From assembly GCA_964291395.2 (NCBI GenBank), contig OZ219856.1, forward strand, positions 480,001-544,000: a DNA stretch of 64,000 nt, read 5' to 3'. Positions 61,540-64,000 of the stretch are shown here, piece by piece. The position numbers and the translations under genes are program-made. The notes beneath the pieces were generated by a model. That model was not told the origin of the DNA. It worked only from the letters and a program-made list of their open reading frames with translations, and searched no databases. This DNA is from Alphaproteobacteria bacterium (GTDB lineage: Bacteria; Pseudomonadota; Alphaproteobacteria; UBA2966). Positions within the stretch are counted from its first letter, which is position 1. The number at the start of each line of letters is the position of its first letter.

Positions 61540-62434
61540 GATTTTCTCTCGAGAACAGTGCCTTCAGCCGGTGCACCCGTTCCTCGTCGAGGATGCCCCG
61601 GGGCATGAAGATCAGCAGCACCGCCACCAGACCGCCGAACACGATCATTCGGTAGCCCTGGATGAACCGCACCGCTTCCAGGAACCCGATGTCGATGGCG
61701 ACGCCGACAAGGGGTCCGAACGCGGTGCCGAGGCCGCCGATCAGGCCGTAGGCGAGGGCGTGTACGCCGAGCATCACGTTGAAGAACTGCGGCTCCACGT
61801 AGGTGGTGAAGTGGGCGTAGAGCGCTCCGCCGATGCCCGCGATCGCGCCGGCCATGCCGGCGGCCAGAATGCGGTATCGCACCGTGTTCAGACCTTGCAT
61901 TTCGGTCAGCAGGTCGTCGGAGCCGAGCATCCTGAACACCGAGCCCAGCCGGGAGCGCTCGACCAGCAGCAGTGCGATCAGCACCAGCGCCAGCAGTCCG
62001 TAGATGAAGAGCATGAACTCGGTCAGGCTGATGTCGCGTTCGAACATCCAGCGGATGTCGTGGAATCCGTTGGCACCGTCCGGGCCGACCATCTCTCCGT
62101 CGACCTCGACCTGCACTTCGACGATCAGCAGGATGAGGCGCATCATCTCCGCGAACGCTAGGGTCGAGATCGAGAAATACAGCCCGCTGAGCCGCAGGGT
62201 CAGGGCTCCGACTGCCATCGCCATGAGTCCGGCCGTACATGCGCCGATCAGCACTGCCGCCCAGATCGGCAGTCCGAACATTGCGGTGGCGGCGCCGGCC
62301 GCATAGGCGCTCAGGCCGAAGTAGGCCTGCTGGCCGAAGGAGATCTCGCCGGTGATCAGCAACAGATAGGCCGACAGGGCGATGAACGAGATCATCCCGA
62401 TGTTCGACAGCACCGTGACAACGTAATCGTCCAT
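61517..62434 (-). CDS. Branched-chain-type ABC permease (LivM-like)
   Basis: GEISFGQ, RLSGLYF..TLAF and GGLGT..GP motifs. Confidence 0.92.
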   Translation of the reverse strand: MDDYVVTVLSNIGMISFIALSAYLLLITGEISFGQQAYFGLSAYAAGAATAMFGLPIWAAVLIGACTAGLMAMAVGALTLRLSGLYFSISTLAFAEMMRLILLIVEVQVEVDGEMVGPDGANGFHDIRWMFERDISLTEFMLFIYGLLALVLIALLLVERSRLGSVFRMLGSDDLLTEMQGLNTVRYRILAAGMAGAIAGIGGALYAHFTTYVEPQFFNVMLGVHALAYGLIGGLGTAFGPLVGVAIDIGFLEAVRFIQGYRMIVFGGLVAVLLIFMPRGILDEERVHRLKALFSRENHARAERH

Positions 62435-62437
62435 CTC

Positions 62438-63337
62438 TCAAACTCGCCGGAAGGCGAGCTCCTCGCGGCCGAGAATCCGCTGACCCAGCAAGCCGCCGGG
62501 CCGCAGCACCAGCATTGCGAACAGCAGCACGTAGGCGCTCAGATCCTTGTATTCGTTGCCCAGGTACCACTGGGCATGGGCCTCGACCACGCCAAGCAGG
62601 AGGCCGCCCAGGATCGCCCCGGGCAGAGACCCCATGCCGCCCAGCATCATCGCGATGAGACCCTTGAAGGTGGCCCACAGGCCGAAGAAGGGCGTGATCT
62701 GCTCATCCGTGGCCAGGATGGCGTATCCCGCAACCGCGCCGACCAGGGACACCAGCGCGAAGGCGCACAGCATGACCCATGCTGCGTCGATGCCCATGTA
62801 GGCGGCGGCCCGTGGGCTCTCCGAGATTGCTCGCAACGCCAGGCCATAGCGGGTGCGGTGCAGCAGAAGGTGCAGGGCTCCGACCATGACCGCCGCCAGC
62901 ACCAGCATCGTGATCTGCTCGCCGCGGAACAGGAAGGGTCCGAGCTCGAAGGAGCCGGCGACGATGAGGGAAGGAAAAGAATAGGTGCGCTCGGGTAGCA
63001 GGTGGATCGCGACTTCTTCCAACTGCATCCAGATCACGAAGCTCGACACCATGGACGCGAGCGCGGCATCGCGGCGAACGGCATGGAAACACAGCCGCTC
63101 CACGTAGATGCCGACCAGGACGGTGCACACCACTGTCGTCAGGACGACGACCAGCACGTGGACCTGGTAGTGCACGTGCAGCCATGTGCCGGCGTAGGCG
63201 CCGAGCATGATGGTAGCGCCGAATGCGAGGTTAATCCGGCGCATCACGCCGAAGACGATGGTGAAGCCGATCGCCAGCAACGCGTAGGACGAGCCGAACA
63301 TGATCCCGTCGACGGTATTCTGGACGAAATCGATCAC
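62438..63337 (-). CDS. Branched-chain-type ABC permease (LivH-like)
   Basis: YALLAIGFT..FG...INLA, GGMGSLPGA and RPGGLLG motifs. Confidence 0.92.
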   Translation of the reverse strand: MIDFVQNTVDGIMFGSSYALLAIGFTIVFGVMRRINLAFGATIMLGAYAGTWLHVHYQVHVLVVVLTTVVCTVLVGIYVERLCFHAVRRDAALASMVSSFVIWMQLEEVAIHLLPERTYSFPSLIVAGSFELGPFLFRGEQITMLVLAAVMVGALHLLLHRTRYGLALRAISESPRAAAYMGIDAAWVMLCAFALVSLVGAVAGYAILATDEQITPFFGLWATFKGLIAMMLGGMGSLPGAILGGLLLGVVEAHAQWYLGNEYKDLSAYVLLFAMLVLRPGGLLGQRILGREELAFRRV

Positions 63338-63364
63338 AGCGCGCCTCCCGGATTCGGGGAATGG

Positions 63365-64000
63365 TTAGACCTTCTGTGTCCCGAGGTAGGCCCGGCGAAT
63401 GACCTCGTCCTCTTCGAGCTCGCCGGGTGACCCCGAGAAGGTGATCTCGCCACTTTCGATGAGATAGAACCTGTGGGCCACGTCGAGCGCCATGCGGGCG
63501 TTCTGCTCGACCAGAAGAATCGTGACCCCCTCGGCGTTCAACTCGCGGATGATGTCGAAGATCTCCTCGACGACGAGGGGCGCCAGGCCGACGGACGGCT
63601 CGTCCATGAGCAAGATCCTGGGACGCGTCATCAGCCCCCTGGCGATAGCCAGCATCTGCTGCTCGCCTCCGGACAGGGTGCCGGCGAGCTGACCCTTGCG
63701 TTCTTCCAGACGAGGAAAGCGCCGGTAGATATCCGCGATGTCGGCCGCGACCTCCGCCGCAGGAGCCCGTCTGGCATACGTACCGGCGTGAAGGTTCTCC
63801 TCGACATCCATGCGCGGGAACACCAGGCGGTTCTCCGGCACCAGTGCGATGCCTCTGGACACCACCTTAGGGGCCGGCAGCCGGGTCAGGTCTTCGCCGT
63901 CCAGGACCACGGAGCCGGACCTCGCGGCGAGGATCCCTGCGATGGTGAACATGGTCGTGGTCTTGCCGGCGCCGTTGGGGCCTAGCAGACACGTGATCTC
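63365..64000 (-). CDS. Branched-chain-type ABC ATP-binding protein (LivF-like), partial
   Basis: LGPNGAGKTT at the window edge, LSGGEQQMLA and MDEPSVGLAP motifs. Confidence 0.92.
   Translation of the reverse strand, partial: EITCLLGPNGAGKTTTMFTIAGILAARSGSVVLDGEDLTRLPAPKVVSRGIALVPENRLVFPRMDVEENLHAGTYARRAPAAEVAADIADIYRRFPRLEERKGQLAGTLSGGEQQMLAIARGLMTRPRILLMDEPSVGLAPLVVEEIFDIIRELNAEGVTILLVEQNARMALDVAHRFYLIESGEITFSGSPGELEEDEVIRRAYLGTQKV

Overview
GC-rich alphaproteobacterial chromosome segment, judged from the GroEL/GroES and MreB sequence style and an RpoH-type promoter with CIRCE operators. It is dominated by catabolic and redox genes: four LLM oxidoreductases, a CoA-transferase pair, a PLP enzyme, ALDH, an IlvD-family dehydratase, GMC, ADH, HAD, GGT, and BCCT/ABC/MFS transporters. 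Among these lie several accessory patches of toxin-antitoxin (TA) genes. Main observations: (1) Two TA cassettes (RelE-type and AbiE-type) each sit between long direct repeats (about 254/352 bp and 110 bp) copied from ordinary neighbouring genes, with no intact recombinase nearby and with short microhomologies at the RelE junctions. (2) At four TA loci the toxin has been deleted or truncated while the antitoxin remains intact; at two of them a palindromic operator also remains. (3) A co-oriented Rieske oxygenase / lone PcaH-like dioxygenase / PcaB-like / LigI-like / lactonase cluster resembles the modified beta-ketoadipate route known for 4-sulfocatechol. (4) There is an orphan, divergent MreB paralogue, a tandem double CIRCE, and a CI/RogA-like repressor whose catalytic Lys appears replaced by Arg. 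Several single-base frameshifts are most likely sequencing or assembly indels. No rRNA, tRNA or CRISPR array was seen. All calls come from reading motifs; no database searches were run.
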